A stretch of DNA of 64,000 nucleotides. Source: Mobula hypostoma. Taxonomy: Eukaryota. Both the position numbers and the translations under genes were made by a program. Below, in pieces: positions 1 through 12,714 of this stretch; position 1 is the stretch's first letter, and the number at the start of each line of letters is the position of its first letter. The DNA lies in the NCBI RefSeq assembly GCF_963921235.1, contig NC_086097.1:108998001-109062000 (forward strand). The letters run 5' to 3'. The notes under the pieces were generated by a model. The model was not told the DNA's origin and did not search any database. It saw only the letters and a list, made by a program, of their open reading frames with translations.

Positions 1-430
1 TCAAAATCCCCGGCTTTGCCTGCTGTTGGCGACAAAGATGGAGGTTGAATCGTTTGGATAGAGATGGCGCTCAGTACTCGGTGTCGGAGAGCTGATCAGA
101 GCTCGAAGTTTTCAGATGACTCAGAGTCAGACCGTGGTTGGGTATGGCAGGGAGAGTTTTTCTTCCTTCTCCTGTCTGTGTGAGATGTGGGACATTTGAG
201 AGACTTTGAACTTTTACTGTGCTCATGGACTTCTTCATCAAGTTATGGTATTGTTGCACTGTTGTAACTATATGTTATAATTATGTGGTTTTGTCAGTTT
301 TTCAGTCTTGGTCTGTCCTGTGTTTTGTGATATCACACCGGAGGAAATATTGTATCATTTCTTAATGCATGCATGCATTACTAAATGACAATAAATGAGG
401 ACTGCATGTCTTCATAATCTTAAAAAAAAA
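1..430 (+). mobile_element. 3' part of a non-autonomous retroposon (SINE-like) ending in an A tail, abutting a CR1 fragment
   Basis: No coding signal; AATAAA in aaatgacaataaatgagg near 384-400, then an A run at 422-430 directly against CR1 ORF2 sequence. 5' end lies outside the window. Confidence 0.45.
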
Positions 431-1335
431 GCTTTTAATATCTTCTTTGATATTAGTCACCAGCATCCTCTCATAATTCATCCTTTCCTTCCGAATGACC
501 TTCTTAGTTTCCTTCTGCAAGTTTTTAAAATCTCCCCAATCCTCTATCTTTCCACCAGCTCTGGCTTCCTTGTATGCTCTCTCTTTTGCTTTTACGTTGG
601 CTCTGACTTCACTTGTCAGCCATGGTGGTGTCCATCTTCCCATAGAAAATTTCTTCTTATTTGGAATTTTTTGCTGAAACTCCAGCCATTACTGCTGTGG
701 TGTCTTTCCTGCAAATGTCCCTTTCTAGTCAACTTCGGCCATTGTAATTATTTTTATTCCACTGAAATACCAACACAGTGGATTTAATTTTCTCCCCCTT
801 AAATTTCAATGTGAACTCAATCATATTGTGATCACTGTTCCTTAAGGGTTCCTTAACCTTAAGCTCTCTTATTACCCCTGGATCATTGCAAAACACAATC
901 CAGCACAGCCGACCCCCTAGTGGGCTCAACAACAAGCTGTTCTAAAAGCCATCCTTTAGACATTCTACAAATTCTCTCTCGAGGTCCAGTACTGGCCTGG
1001 TTTTCCCAATCCACTTTCATGTTAAAATTCCCGATTATCATGACATTGCCCTTCTGACACACCTTTTCTTTCTCCTGCTGTAATTTGTAATCCACATCCC
1101 GGCTGCTGTTTAGAAGCCTGAATATAACTGCCATTAGGGCCTTTTACCCTTGCCATTTCTTAACTCAACCCATAGAGACTCTACATTTTCCAATCCTATC
1201 TCATCTCTTTCCAATGATTTAATATTATTTCTTATACACAGGGCCATACTACCCCTTCTGCCTACTAGCCTAACTTTCTGATATACCATATATCCTTGGA
1301 CATTCAGCTCCCAATGGCAGCCATCCTTTAGCATG
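431..1335 (-). mobile_element. CR1-clade LINE ORF2 fragment (APE endonuclease and linker), frameshifted
   Basis: Consecutive minus-strand ORF pieces: WELNVQGY..VESLWVELRNGKG (1134-1334), IIGNFNMKVDW..EPTRGSAVLD (883-1134), SDHNMIEF (729-935), PPWLTSEVRANVKAKERAY (362-643). Confidence 0.9.
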
Positions 1336-1350
1336 GTGCAGCCTAGGTCT

Positions 1351-2265
1351 TGTCATGATCCGGTCCGTGAAGTCCGTATTCTGGTTCACGGTCCGGTCCA
1401 TCGCCCTTGCTCCAGGTTTTCCTGTCTACCCTGTTTCTGTTCTTATTGAGCTCTAATTGAGGCAGCTGATGCTCGTTGGGGCTGGCTGCATAAATACCTT
1501 CAGAGACCAGGGTGTGGCTGCTGGATTGTTCTTGTCCTTACTCCTTGTATCCCTTCCCCTGCCTTCTGTTTCCTGGCCTGAAGCCCTGCCTTGTCTTGCT
1601 GGTAACTCTCGCTTCGCCTGAAGTCCTGTCTTGTCTTGCATTGCCTGAAGCCTTGCCTTGTCTTGCTGTCTTGTCCTGGAGCCACCCCGTACCCAGCTCC
1701 CTTCCTGTCCCTTGCCTCTGCCGGGTAAGTCAGGCTGTCTTGCCATTACCCTGCGGTTGGTTCTGTCCCTTCCTGTCCCTAGCCTCCATCAGGAAAGCCA
1801 GGCTGTATTGCCGTTATCTACGGTTGGTTCTGCCCCTTCCTGTCCCTTGCCTCCGTCGGGTAAACCAGGCCGTCTTGCCGTTAGCTGCAGTTGGTTCTGT
1901 CCTTTGCCTCCGTTGGGTGGAGTACTGCACCCTGCCCAGGGGAATTGCACCCTGCCCAGAAGGAGCCGCCTGCCAAGCTTCGCCTCAAGTCTCTAAGACT
2001 CCAGCCTCATCCTGCCTGCCAGCCAAGCCTCGTCCTTGCCTAGTTCTGGGTTCTGAGCCAGAGGCAAGACACAGGTACTGGGTCCTTGTCCAGTCTCTGG
2101 CTCAGAGTCCAAGCCCGGGCTCCTAGCTCTCTTGTCCAGTCCTGTTCCAGGTTCCTGGTTTTCCTGTCCATGTCCTTGCCCTCGCCCTGTATCCTAGTCC
2201 AGTCCCTAGTAATTCAGTGTCTGTGTCTTGCACTTGGGTCCGTTCCTAGCCACCTCCCTATGACA
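1351..2265. mobile_element. Solo LTR (915 bp), Gypsy/BEL-type
   Basis: Starts TGTCAT (1351) and ends ATGACA (2265); perfect 5-bp TSD GGTCT at 1346-1350 and 2266-2270; TATA-like ATAAATA near 1490; no pol or gag homology. Confidence 0.85.
1699..1915. repeat. ~67-bp tandem repeat (about 3.2 copies) inside the solo LTR
   Basis: Units start cccttcctgtcc at 1699, 1767 and 1834; each contains caggc(t/c)gt(c/a)ttgcc..gttggttctg. Confidence 0.8.
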
Positions 2266-3164
2266 GGTCTGTATTCTTAGGAATTCAGAAAATGGTAGAT
2301 TAGCTCTCTGAAATTTGCTTTGTAGAACTCTGACCAGGTGTCACAGGGTAGATTCAGGGAAATGAATGCTGAGTGTGTGTGATAAACTTGGGAAGTGCTC
2401 GAGTTATGGAAACCAAGACTGATATGAAGGATGCTAGGTGTCAGTTCTTCACAGCATATCCTCCATTTCTTACAGTGTTTATAGTGTGGAGGAAAAGGTT
2501 GGAGAAGAACTGAAGAGATGAGAGAAAGCAAGTTGAGCAGCTTGAATATTCTGATTGGAGTGATTAGAATGATTCCCTTGGACCAAGTATCTTTAGTCAG
2601 TGGTGATTGTCTCAGAATAAGCAATAGGCCAAAGAGATTTGGAGTAATTTGTTTTTCACTGAATGAATGGGGAAGTGTTAGAAATCTCTTTCCCTTGAGG
2701 ATATTAGGAGGCTCAGTTATTGAATTTGCTCAAAGCAAAAAAGAATATGTTCTTATTTTGAAATATCTAAGAAATGTTGTATCCTGAGGATATGCGCATT
2801 AAACAAGTGATCATTGAGATCTGCCTGCAGTTACAGGCAGAGCTTCAGCCACAGACTTTTCCTAAGCCTTTAGCTCCCAGATAATGTCTGTCAATGGCAC
2901 CAGATGATCTGAGCCCCGCTTTGAACTTTGAAGCATGCTCTTCACTTACAATGTGACAAAACCTCTATAATCAATGAGACAGAAATTCATCTTATTGTCC
3001 CATTGCACACAGCATTTCTAATGCGTAATGTTGGTTTTCCCAGAAAACATTATTTCCACAGATTTCAGATGTGTCTGCGCAGGGCATGAATCTCAAGTAG
3101 TTAATCAAGAAACATTGCTGTCACATTCTAAGCAAATGGTTGTGATCAATATAAAATGCTCATC

Positions 3165-3730
3165 CAAAGTTTAAAGTTCAAAGTAAATTTTATTATCAAA
3201 GTACATATATGTCACCATATACAACTTGAGATTTGTTTTCTTGTGGGCATACTCAGCAAATCTATAGAAAATTAACTATAACAGGATCAATGAAAGATCA
3301 CTCAGAGTGCAGAAGAGAACAAACTGTGCAAATGAAAATATAAATAAATACAGGAACATGAGATAATGAGTCCTTAAAAGTGAGATTATTGGTTGTGGGA
3401 ACATCTCAATGGATGGGCAAGTGAGTGTAGTTATCCCCTTTTGTTCAAGAGCATGATGGTTGAGGGGTAGTAACTGTTTTTCAACCAGATGGTGAGAGTC
3501 CTGAAGCACCTGTACCTTCTATCTGATGGCAGCGGCAGCAGCAAGAAGAGAGCATGACCTGGGTGATGGGGATCTCTGACGGATGCTGCTTTCCTACGAA
3601 AGCATTTCATGTAGATATGATCAATGGTTGGGAGGACTTTAATGGTGATGTACTGGGCTGAATCCATTACCTTTTGTAGGATTTTCCATTCAGAAAGTTT
3701 GATGTCTCCATACCAGGTGTGATGCAGCCA
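3165..3730 (-). mobile_element. Rex1/Babar LINE 3' fragment
   Basis: ORF 3431-3667 RKAASVRDPHHPGHALFLLLP..RRYR..KNSYYPSTIMLLN, the typical Rex1/Babar C-terminus; 3' UTR ends gataataaaatttactttgaacttt. Confidence 0.8.
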
Positions 3731-4171
3731 CTAGGCTATTAAGTAACACCTAATCTAGAAAGATTTGGTTGCATTATTCTAAAACTGCCATGGCCACAGT
3801 ATCTCAGTGGCCTGATTCTAGGGTTTCTCACTCCTCTGTAGGTTTCTGTAAAGCCTGAGGTGTGTAATTATTGGATCATTTAGGCAATTGCCGCCTGGAT
3901 CCTCACATGGGACCTTTTTCACCCGAGGATGCCTTTGGTGCCGATCAGGAGCTATTCTGTTTTATTGTCCTTACTTCATCTCCAAACTCATGCCATAGTC
4001 CATGGCAAAAGGACAAGAACAAAGCACATTGCAATGAAGAGGATTGCTTTCTTGGCTTACTGTTAGAGTGCACTGTTAGCCTTGGACATAAACCCAATGT
4101 GGAATAATGGCTCAGCCAAATGAGCAGACTTTGCCCAAGTTGTGAAGATAAATACTTCAATTGTCTATTTT

Positions 4172-4702
4172 TAATAAAGTGATCACTGGGTGTATATTTG
4201 TAATCTTCTGCTGCTGTAGCCCATCCATTTCAAGGTTCAATGTGCATTCAGAGATGCTCTTCTGAACACCACTGTTGTAATGTGTGGCTTTTTGTGTCAC
4301 TGTCACCTCCCTGTCAGCCTGAAACAGTCTGGCCGTTCTCCTCTGACCTGCTCTTTAACAAGGTATTTTCGCCTACAGAACTGCTGCTCACTGGGCATTA
4401 TTTGTTGTTTTTCACATCATTCCCTGTAAACTGCAGAGACTGTTGTGCATGAAAATCCCAGGAAATCAGCAGTTTCTGAGATACTCAGACCACCCGTATG
4501 GCAGTAACATTCATTCTATGGTCAAAGTCACTTAGATCACATTTCTTCCCCATTCTGATGTTTGGTCTCAACAACAAATGAACTCCTCGACCATTTCTGC
4601 ATGCTTTTATGCATTGAGTTGCTGCCACATGATCTGCTGAATAAATATTTGCATTTACAATCCGTGCACAGTTGTGCCTAATCAAGAGCCCACTGAGTGT
4701 AC
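4172..4702 (-). mobile_element. Tc1/mariner-derived non-autonomous remnant with transposase N-terminus
   Basis: Minus strand starts TA-CACTCAGTGG..ATTAGG (TIR-like, 4702 downwards) and encodes MGKKCDLSDFDHRM..SISETADFLGFS, a Tc1 paired-like HTH start. Confidence 0.8.
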
Positions 4703-4762
4703 TAGCATTGCAGGCTGTCCCCAAAAGATCAGGTAGGTGAATCATTATCACTTTTGTTTTAC

Positions 4763-4946
4763 CCCCCGAGCACGCTTTCCATCGGTGCCGGGTTGAGCGT
4801 CGAGCTAGCCACTCGGCCTTGTAAAAAAAAAAGGGTCGAATCAGGAACGTTCATATCGTGACCCAGTTAATCCGAAAGGAGACCAACCCTGACGCCATGC
4901 GCCAGACAAGAATGGCTGACTGTCTGGTGCGACATGCTAAAAAAAA
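4763..4946 (+). mobile_element. 5'-truncated SINE of the same family as 59189-59389
   Basis: Shares gcacgctttccatc..gggttgagcgtcgagcta..actc.gcct.gtaaaaa with 59266-59323; A tail; flanked by acttttgttttac (4750-4762) and acttttgcttttac (4946-4959), a TSD-like pair. Confidence 0.6.
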
Positions 4947-4949
4947 CTT

Positions 4950-5463
4950 TTGCTTTTACAGATATACCATGGAGAGCATTCTAATTGGCTGCATCACCGT
5001 CTGGTATGGGGGAGGGGGAGACTACTGCATAGGATTGAAATAAACTGTGGGGAGTTGTAATCTTAATCAGCTCCATCATGGGCACTAGCCTCTGTAGGAT
5101 CCAGGACATCTTCAAGGAACGATGTCTCAAAAAAGCAGTATCCATCATTAAGGACCCCCATCATCCAGGACATGTCTTGCCCTCATTGTTACCATCAGGT
5201 AGGAGGTGCAGGAGCCTGAAGACACACACTCAATAATTCAGGAACAGCTTCTTCCCCTCTGCCATCCAACTTCTGAATGGACTTTGAACCTCTGAACACT
5301 ACCTCACTAATTTTTTATTTCTATTTTTGCACTACTTGTTTATTTTAACTATTTTATGTACTGTAATTCATGTCTTTAATTATTATTATGTATTGCATTG
5401 TACTGCTGCTGCAAATACAACAAATTTCACAACATATGCCAGTGATATTAAACCTGATTCTGA
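4950..5463 (+). mobile_element. Rex1/Babar LINE 3' fragment
   Basis: FYRYTMESILIGCITVWYG; IIKDPHHPGHVLPSLLPSGRR..FRNSFFPSAIQLLN; tail gatattaaacctgattctgat. Confidence 0.85.
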
Positions 5464-6617
5464 TCTTTTATTATGCATTCTTAAGTGAAAGTCAGCCCTT
5501 TAACTGATTGATGTTTCTTCCATGAGGTTAGTACTGTAAATGAAGATGATGACTGGTAAAGGCACACAAATGAAACGCTGAAAGAAAAATTAGTTGATGC
5601 TTCTCTGTTTTGAATGCTTTGATTTATAGGAGCCCCACGGTATATTGATTACTTATCACAATTGCAACACTGATTAACATTGTAATCTGTTTACAGTGCA
5701 ATTTTGTAGCAGGCTTCAGCTTCCACATTTTCTCATTCTCTCGGAAGCAATAATCACACAGAAGTGAATGAAATCTTCAAATAATTGCTTCTTTATCACT
5801 TGATTGCTGTCAAATGTAAGACCGAGTCAATGAAAAGCCTAAATTCTTGTGGATTTTTAGGGGCATGATTGAATGCTTTTCCAGCTCGTTTATGTAACCC
5901 CGTATCCTTCCTGGGATTATGTGGTACTTCAACATGTAACTTGCTGTTATTAAAAACACTTGAAGGATCGACAGGGAGTCAATTGCAAAGATTAAAAAAA
6001 TACTAGGCTTTAAGTAATGCTCTTGGAAGGGTAGTGCTGAGGCATATTCTGAAGTTATGGTATATAGCAAACACTAATTTCAACAGCAGCCATTCTTCAG
6101 AGTTGAACGTGGATTATAGATTGAATTTTAAATGCAGCCTTGATCAGTGGTCTTCCTGGAGCTGCAGACTGGGCTTGATCGCAAATCAGGAAACACCCAT
6201 TCACTTGATGCCTGCATATGCATGAATGCAGCTAGAGAGAGACAATGCTGATTAACATTCATTTTGGGTGTGGGGGTGTGGAAGGAGGTGTTTGAATATT
6301 ATATGTAATTCAAAGGAAGCATTGTAGATCCATTGTAACTGTAGAATTATCCTGCTGTTCCCTTTGATTTTTAGCATATAAAGATGCCATGTAATATTGG
6401 GTCAGGCAGGCCTCCAAGAGTCTATCAAATATGATGCCTGTTGCTTGTTTTGCTGAGTAGAGACTCTTGTTGGACAAGTTCTAACTAGCATCAGTTATGC
6501 ACACTTGTATGGCCGTTAGTCACTACACCATGCTTACAGTGAACGCTTTTGAAATAGTTGTCACTTGTAAGTGTTTGTGTTAAAAAGCAGTGATATTTGG
6601 CGGTACACCTCTTTGGC

Positions 6618-6950
6618 AGGCAGGCTAAACCAGGTGTGGGTAGCCGGTGGGTCTCATACCCCAGTGAGATAGGGACATGTCTGCCCGAGCCTGCAACGTC
6701 AGCTCTGGTGGACTGGGTGGATGAGATCTACAGTAAGATCTGACGGCCAGGAAAGTGCTTCCACAATGTTCCATGGAGAGTGAAGGGCATGGCCAGGTGC
6801 AGAAGAAGCCATGGTCATCCGCTGCGACCAGGGAAGACCCTGTTGTGACGTCTACTTGTATCACTAGATCCCAACCTCTGCAGTCATGAGAGTTGACCTG
6901 CCAGTGTAACAGCTTGTCTACTTTAAAATTTCTCTGTCATTGACAGCATC
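6618..6950 (+). mobile_element. RTE 5'UTR-derived non-autonomous element
   Basis: Aligns by eye with the reverse complement of 16440-16665 (gcaggctaaaccaggtg..agagtgaagggcat..gtcatcc.ctgcg..ggaagaccc) and shares the catcc(a/g)ctgc motif with the RTE 5' part at 38545-38560. Confidence 0.55.
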
Positions 6951-7059
6951 CATGGCTTAGGGTAAGGTGGTGTGAGTTGTTGCAATGCTACCAAATAGAT
7001 CTCACTTGTCTAGCTCAGTCAAAACATGGGGACTTCCTCATACCACTTGTGGAGGAGTC

Positions 7060-7500
7060 ACAGATTCAGTCTTATCCTATGAAAACAGGTCCTCCAGTCT
7101 GTGTGGTCCATACCAACCAAAGTCCCCAGTTAAGCTTGTTCCATTTGGCCCATATCTCTCAAAACGTCTCTTAACAATGTAGCTGTCCAAGGGCCCTTTA
7201 AATGTTGTAATAAGCACACCTCAACCACTTGGACATCTCAGTCCATATACCATATGTATCATTCTGGGCAGAAAAAGTTTCCCCCAGTTTCTATTAAATC
7301 CCTTCACCTTGACCCTTTAGTCCTTGACTCCCCAACCTCAGGGGATGAAAACTTCACTCATTTACCGTATCTATAATTTTCTACACCTCTATTATAATGT
7401 TCTGTACATTCTCCTACTCTGTCTTGATAAAAGTTGGAGTCTGCTCAACCTAGACCCTCAAGTCCCAGCAATACCCTTGTAAGTGTCTTCTGCAGTCCAT
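7060..7500 (-). mobile_element. Old CR1 3'-end fragment
   Basis: Degenerate match to the reverse-complemented CR1 3' ends seen elsewhere in the window (ataattttctacacctctat..ctcaagtcccagcaatacccttgtaa). Confidence 0.55.
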
Positions 7501-8499
7501 ATAACCATATCATACGGACTGCAGAAGTCTTTTCAGAGGTTGCCACATCTTCTCTGACTTGTCCTCAGGTGGTCAAAATGTTTGGTTCATTTGAGCATCA
7601 TCAATTTCCATAAGAAATAGAGACAGGATAAGTGTTATTCAGCCTCCTGATTAATTTATTGGTCAAAACATTGTATTTTTGGCTTTCAATGCACTTCGCA
7701 ATTCACCCTCCATCACTTTCCGGGATAAGGAATTCCGAAGAGTCTCAACCATTTGAGAATGCAAATATATCTTTCGTCAGTGTTAAATAAATCCCCCTTT
7801 CATAGACTATGTCTTTCAGTTTAGGATGGTAGTGAATATTGATTGCTAATAGCATCAACCATTGACCACCAATAAATCCTCCAGCAGTGTGAGCACTACA
7901 TCCTTCAGTATTTATTCTCCCGTGAGTGGAAAATTCTCTTGACTTTACCTTGTCAAGCTCCTTGGAGAACCTTGCCTACTTTAATAATAATTGATTCTTG
8001 TCTCTGTACTCCAGTGAGTACAGTCTCAACCTGTTCCTTTCCTCAGAAGACAATGCCTCTATACCTGGGATCACCTTACAATTTCTCTGAATTTCTTTTA
8101 ATGTTGGAACACCATTCCTTAAAGTAGAAGACAAAAGCTATCCCTAATATTGTAGGTGTGGCTTCATTAGTCCTTCATATAGTTGTAGTAAGACTTCCCT
8201 ACTTTTATATTCCAACGCCTTGAACAAAAGCCATGTTTACTGCAGCTGCATAATAGCTTTTTACGTTTCATATAAGAAGACTCCTAATTTTTTCAGTGTT
8301 GCTTCAGTTAAATAATAACCTATTTTATTGCTATTCCTTCCAAAGTGAACAACTTCATATATTCCAGAAAAAAAATACATCATTTGTTGACTTTTTATGC
8401 ACTCAGTTCAAAGTTCGAATTTATTATCAAAGTACCTATACTACATACAACCTCAAGGTTCATCTACTTGCTGGCACTTGCAAAACAAAGAAACACCTT

Positions 8500-9830
8500 G
8501 TCTTTTAGCCCGTCTAGTCCATGCTGACTTATTGTTCTGCCTCGTCCCAACAGCCAGTAGCAGGACCATCGCCCTCCATACTCCTCCCATCCATGTACTT
8601 ATCCAAATTTCTCCTGGATCCACCACTTCCTCTGGCAGCTCGTTCCACACTCTCACCTCTCATGTTCCCCTTAAATATTTCTTGTTTCACCCTTAATCCA
8701 TGACCTCTAATTCTATTCTCACCCAATCACAGTGGGAAAAGCCCGCTTTCATTTACCCTCAATCTCCTATGCTCCGGGAAATAAAGTCTTAACTTATTCA
8801 ACCTTTCCCTATAACTCAGGTCCTGAAGTCCTGTCACCATCCATGTAAATTTTCTCTGTGATCTTTCAATCTTATCGATATTTTTCCTGTAGGTAGATGA
8901 CCAGAACTGTACACAATACTCTAAATTAGGCTGTACCAACATAATATCTTAAATCTTGTACACAAAAATTTATGAAGGCCAATGTGCCAGAAGTTCTCTT
9001 TATGACCCTATCTACCCGTAACGTTACTTTCAATGAATAATGAACCTGTATTCCCAGATCCCTCTGTTCTACCTCACTCGGTGCCTGACTGTTCACTGTG
9101 TGCCCAAATGTTTTTAGTGTAGAACAGTACAGTATGGTCTTTTACCTGAGCTATCACCTCTGACAGCTCATTTCATATACTGTCCACCGTCTTGAGTAAA
9201 AAAGGTCACATCTCGGGTTCCTATTAAAGCTCTGTCCTCTCATGTTTAACCTATGCCCTAACCCTGGAAAAAAAGTCTGTGTGCACTGATCAAAGTTATA
9301 TGCCAGTTATAACTTTATACACCTCATCACCCCTCATTCTTCTGTGCTCCAATGAAAATAGTCCCAGCCTGCTCGACCTCTCTCCACAGTTCAGTTCCTC
9401 CAGCCCCGGTGGCATTGTCATAAATCTTGCACTGCATTCCTTCCAGCTTAATGTCATATTTCTTATAGCAGGGTGACCAAAACTGAACACATTATTCCAA
9501 ATATTACCTCACCAATGTGTTGTATAACTACAGCATAATATTCCAACTTCCATGTTTAATGACTTGGTAGATAAATGCCAGCATTTCAAAAGCCGCTTTC
9601 ACCACACTGTCCACTGTGACATCACTTTTAGAGAACTATATACTTGTACTCCTGGGTCCCTCTGATCTACAACACTCCCAGGGCCCTATTATTCACTGTG
9701 AAACCCCTATCCTCACTTGTCTTCCCAAAATGCAACATTTTGCACTTATCCATATTAAATTCCATTTGTCATTCCTTGGACCACTTACCAGACTGATCAA
9801 TATCCACTGTAAATCCCTGGCTCCTTATTG
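8500..9830 (-). mobile_element. Two adjacent CR1 3' fragments (post-RT region and 3' UTR)
   Basis: LVQPNLEYCVQFWSSTYRKNIDKIERSQRKFT (8727-8942), RGHGLRVK..VWNELPEEVV, LGLFSLEHRRMRGDEVYK (9296-9490). Confidence 0.85.
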
Positions 9831-10199
9831 ACCACAATTCTCAGTAGGTTCTTTGTGTCTTCAACTATGAAGATGGGAAATTATTTTTAACACTTTCTTA
9901 GGAGCAACTTATTTATCACTTCCTTTTGTCAATTTAATGCCTGATAATTTGTGATAATAATTCCAATATTCTGCTTTCTCCTTTGTTAATTATGCAGTCA
10001 TTATTTCCTGATTCATAAACCCTTCCAGTTCTTAGGTCTTCTAATCTCTTAAGCAATATTTAAATCCTGTAATTTTAATGTAACATTTCTTGTTAGACCA
10101 AGCTGTGCCACTTTTTGAGAAGAGCTTTACTATTTTTATGTGAAATATTATGGTGGTAAGACTGTTCAAGAACTGGCAGTGCAGTTAAATGGAGCCGAC

Positions 10200-10345
10200 A
10201 GGTTACAGATGCTGGGTATCTTGAGCAGTACACAAAGTACTGGAGGGATTTAGCAGCTCAGGTAGCATCTATGGAGGGAAAATAGTAGTTGTCATTTTGT
10301 GTCAAGACCCTTCATCAGGACTGGAAAGAAAGAGTGGGGGTAGCC
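10200..10345 (-). mobile_element. Penelope-like element terminal (pseudo-LTR) fragment with decayed hammerhead motif
   Basis: Minus strand agtcCTGATGAagggtcttgacacaaaatgac followed by ccatagatgctacctgagctgctaaat, matching the PLE ends at 27950-28079 and 49436-49532. Confidence 0.7.
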
Positions 10346-10650
10346 AGTATAAAAAGGTATAAAAATGTGTAGTCAAACTGACAATTCATAGAAGTTGTTT
10401 AAAGGATCCAGGATTGTAGATTATGATGTGACAGTGAAAATGCAATTGAGGTTCATTTTATGTAGATTTTGTCAGAATAAGTAGCTCAGCTTAATCTTAT
10501 ACTCCATGCCAAAATATTCAAGCGATCTCCAAGTATACATTGAGGATATCTTCATACAGTGACTATTTGTGAAAATTTAATCTCACAGAACAATTTATTA
10601 AGGAGCAGTGACATTGCAGTAATATTTTAGATAATATTAGGATACTTACT

Positions 10651-10875
10651 GGAGCAACATGGTTGTGTAGCGGCTAGCACCAGCACTATTATAGTATAGC
10701 AAGTTCAATTCCCGCTGCTGTCTTTATGTTCTCCCCGTGACTGGGTGGGTTTTTTCCCGGTACTCTGGTTTCCTGCCACATTACAAAAGTGCATGGATTA
10801 GGTCGCATGTGTGTAATTGGGTGGCACAGGCTCACTCAGCAAGAAGGGCCTGTTATCGTGATGTTGCTCTAAAAT
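10651..10875 (+). mobile_element. tRNA-derived V-SINE (HE1-like)
   Basis: A-box-like tggttgtgtagcgg, B-box-like agttcaattcc, V-domain-like gttctccccgtgactgggtgggttt..ctctggtttcctgccaca, CR1-type tail aagggcctgttatcgtg. Confidence 0.7.
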
Positions 10876-10984
10876 AGATTAGTAATCCAGAGATGGAGAT
10901 AAATGATCCTGATCTGTCTGTGGCAGCTGGGGAATTGAGTTAATTAATTACCCTGGAATGTCAGTCAAAGTAAGTGTGAAACTG

Positions 10985-11165
10985 GAGACACAAGAGACTC
11001 TGGACATTGGAATCTGGAGCAATAAACAATGTGCTGGAGGAACTCAGTGGGTCACGGGACTTCTGTAGGAGGAAGGAAATGGTCCATGTTATGACTCGAA
11101 GCATTGACAATTACTTTCCTTTCACAGATGCTGCATTACCTGCTGAGCCACTGCAGCATATTGCC
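10985..11165. repeat. Inverted (fold-back) pair of Penelope terminal fragments
   Basis: Left arm aatgtgctggaggaactcagtgggtc..tctgtagg is an imperfect reverse complement of right arm cacagatgctgcattacctgctgagccactgcagcatatt. Confidence 0.55.
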
Positions 11166-12624
11166 TGTAAGCACGAAACTGATTTTGTTTTTAAAGAACA
11201 TTGTTTTCTCTGAGGATATCCTCCACCTTGTTGCTACTTTGATCATCTGGATGGGAGCAGAAGAGATTTTGCTGCTTCAAAGTGGACATCATGTGCTACT
11301 GTGAGCCATTAGGAAGAGAAAGATAACGTTTTACTTAAATGACCTTTCTTGAGGATGATATTATATCTCATCATAATCTGTTGTTCATAGCTTATCATAT
11401 CCCCAATCAAATATTACCATCAAACAAAGGGGACATTAACCCAAATTCATTAAGGACTGTATGACTGTGTTAGGACCAGCATGTGTCTAAAAATCCAAAA
11501 CGGATTTTATGAATTTTGTACTCCTGAAGAAGGATTCCAAATTTTGTCATTAGTACATTATAATCAATCAAGTGATTCAAGACTACAAGCCAAATCACTG
11601 AGGTGACAGTGAATAGTGTTAGATATCTCTCTTGTCTGTCCTCTGCAATGGTAAATAAACTGTGGATGTCGAGAAAGGATGTAGCTTTCTAGAATAGGGG
11701 TATTATGATCAGATAATGTTCCATTATCGCTGTGCAGTTAGGATAGGATGTTTCAAATAGAGTCTAGGAAAGGATTTAAATTTAGAATTTTCTTTTGTTT
11801 GTTTTACTGGAGTATTCTTGTGCAGAGCTTTGTATGGAAACATCAGACTAGAAGTTTTAGGGTATGGGGACAATATGATCACAGACAGCCTCCTGTGCTT
11901 GAAAAGTGTGCATTAAAAATACTGTTAGATTTGTGATTCTCAGTGATTATCTTGGTTGTCTTCAGAAATGTAGTTTTTAGAACTTCAGGAACACTTCTCT
12001 TGAGGATTGTTATGAGAAGAGCAATTTCATTAACTATGCTAAATGACACACTCATGGGAGCATGGCAAAATGACATAAGGTTCTGTGCCTCTTTATCTTC
12101 CTCTAAGTGTCTCTCATTTACATACTGACTGGTGTTTTGCAGTCTGTCACAGCAGAGTTCTGTCTGCCAAATGTTCATTCGCGATGTATATTTCTGAATA
12201 ATTTCACCCCTCTGTATTAAAAATATAGTTTATTATTACTGGATTGGCCCCATCATTTATACAGATCCCGTTCTTTCTAGATGGTGCTGTTTGTTGAGCT
12301 GTAGAGTCACTAATGAACCTGTCTTTGCTTTTGCCATTCTTCTAGAGAGAAACTGTTTAGCCAACTAAATTCCTTGACACTGTAAAACGGTGCATTAACT
12401 CAATAAACTACTCCTCCATTCCTCAGCAAATTCTATTGCTACAAGGCTTCTTGTGTAGTATAAAAGCTGTGCATCTGCTGAGAGAATTTCTAGATCTTGT
12501 TGATGGTCTGTTCTTGAAGTATTGGATGCTTCTGGATTCGAGTCCCTCCTTGAAGATTTGGGCACGGCTGTTTCAGCAAGCTCTAGGGAACCATTTTGAA
12601 AGAGACCTTTACCAATGGAGCCAT

Positions 12625-12700
12625 TGCTTTCAGTAAAAAGGGAGGCTATGGCCCTGCCACCTCCACACGACTGCACAATCGATCTCCTCCCAAGCTCTCC
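12625..12700 (+). mobile_element. Tiny Ty3/Gypsy pol remnant (pre-RT region)
   Basis: AFSKK, a frameshift, then EAMALPPPHDCTIDLLP; resembles the FSKxxAxxLPPHRxYDCxIDLLPG motif upstream of Gypsy RT. Confidence 0.4.
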
Positions 12701-12714
12701 GAGAGCCAGAGCTT

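Noticed and set aside
1453..2280. Overlapping 97-204-aa ORFs in the solo LTR
   Set aside because: Low-complexity translations of C/T-rich tandem repeats with no gag, pol or env motifs.
11215..11310. Possible exon ending at ACT|GTGAGC
   Set aside because: Acceptor is a weak GAG and the peptide is unrecognised; insufficient support.
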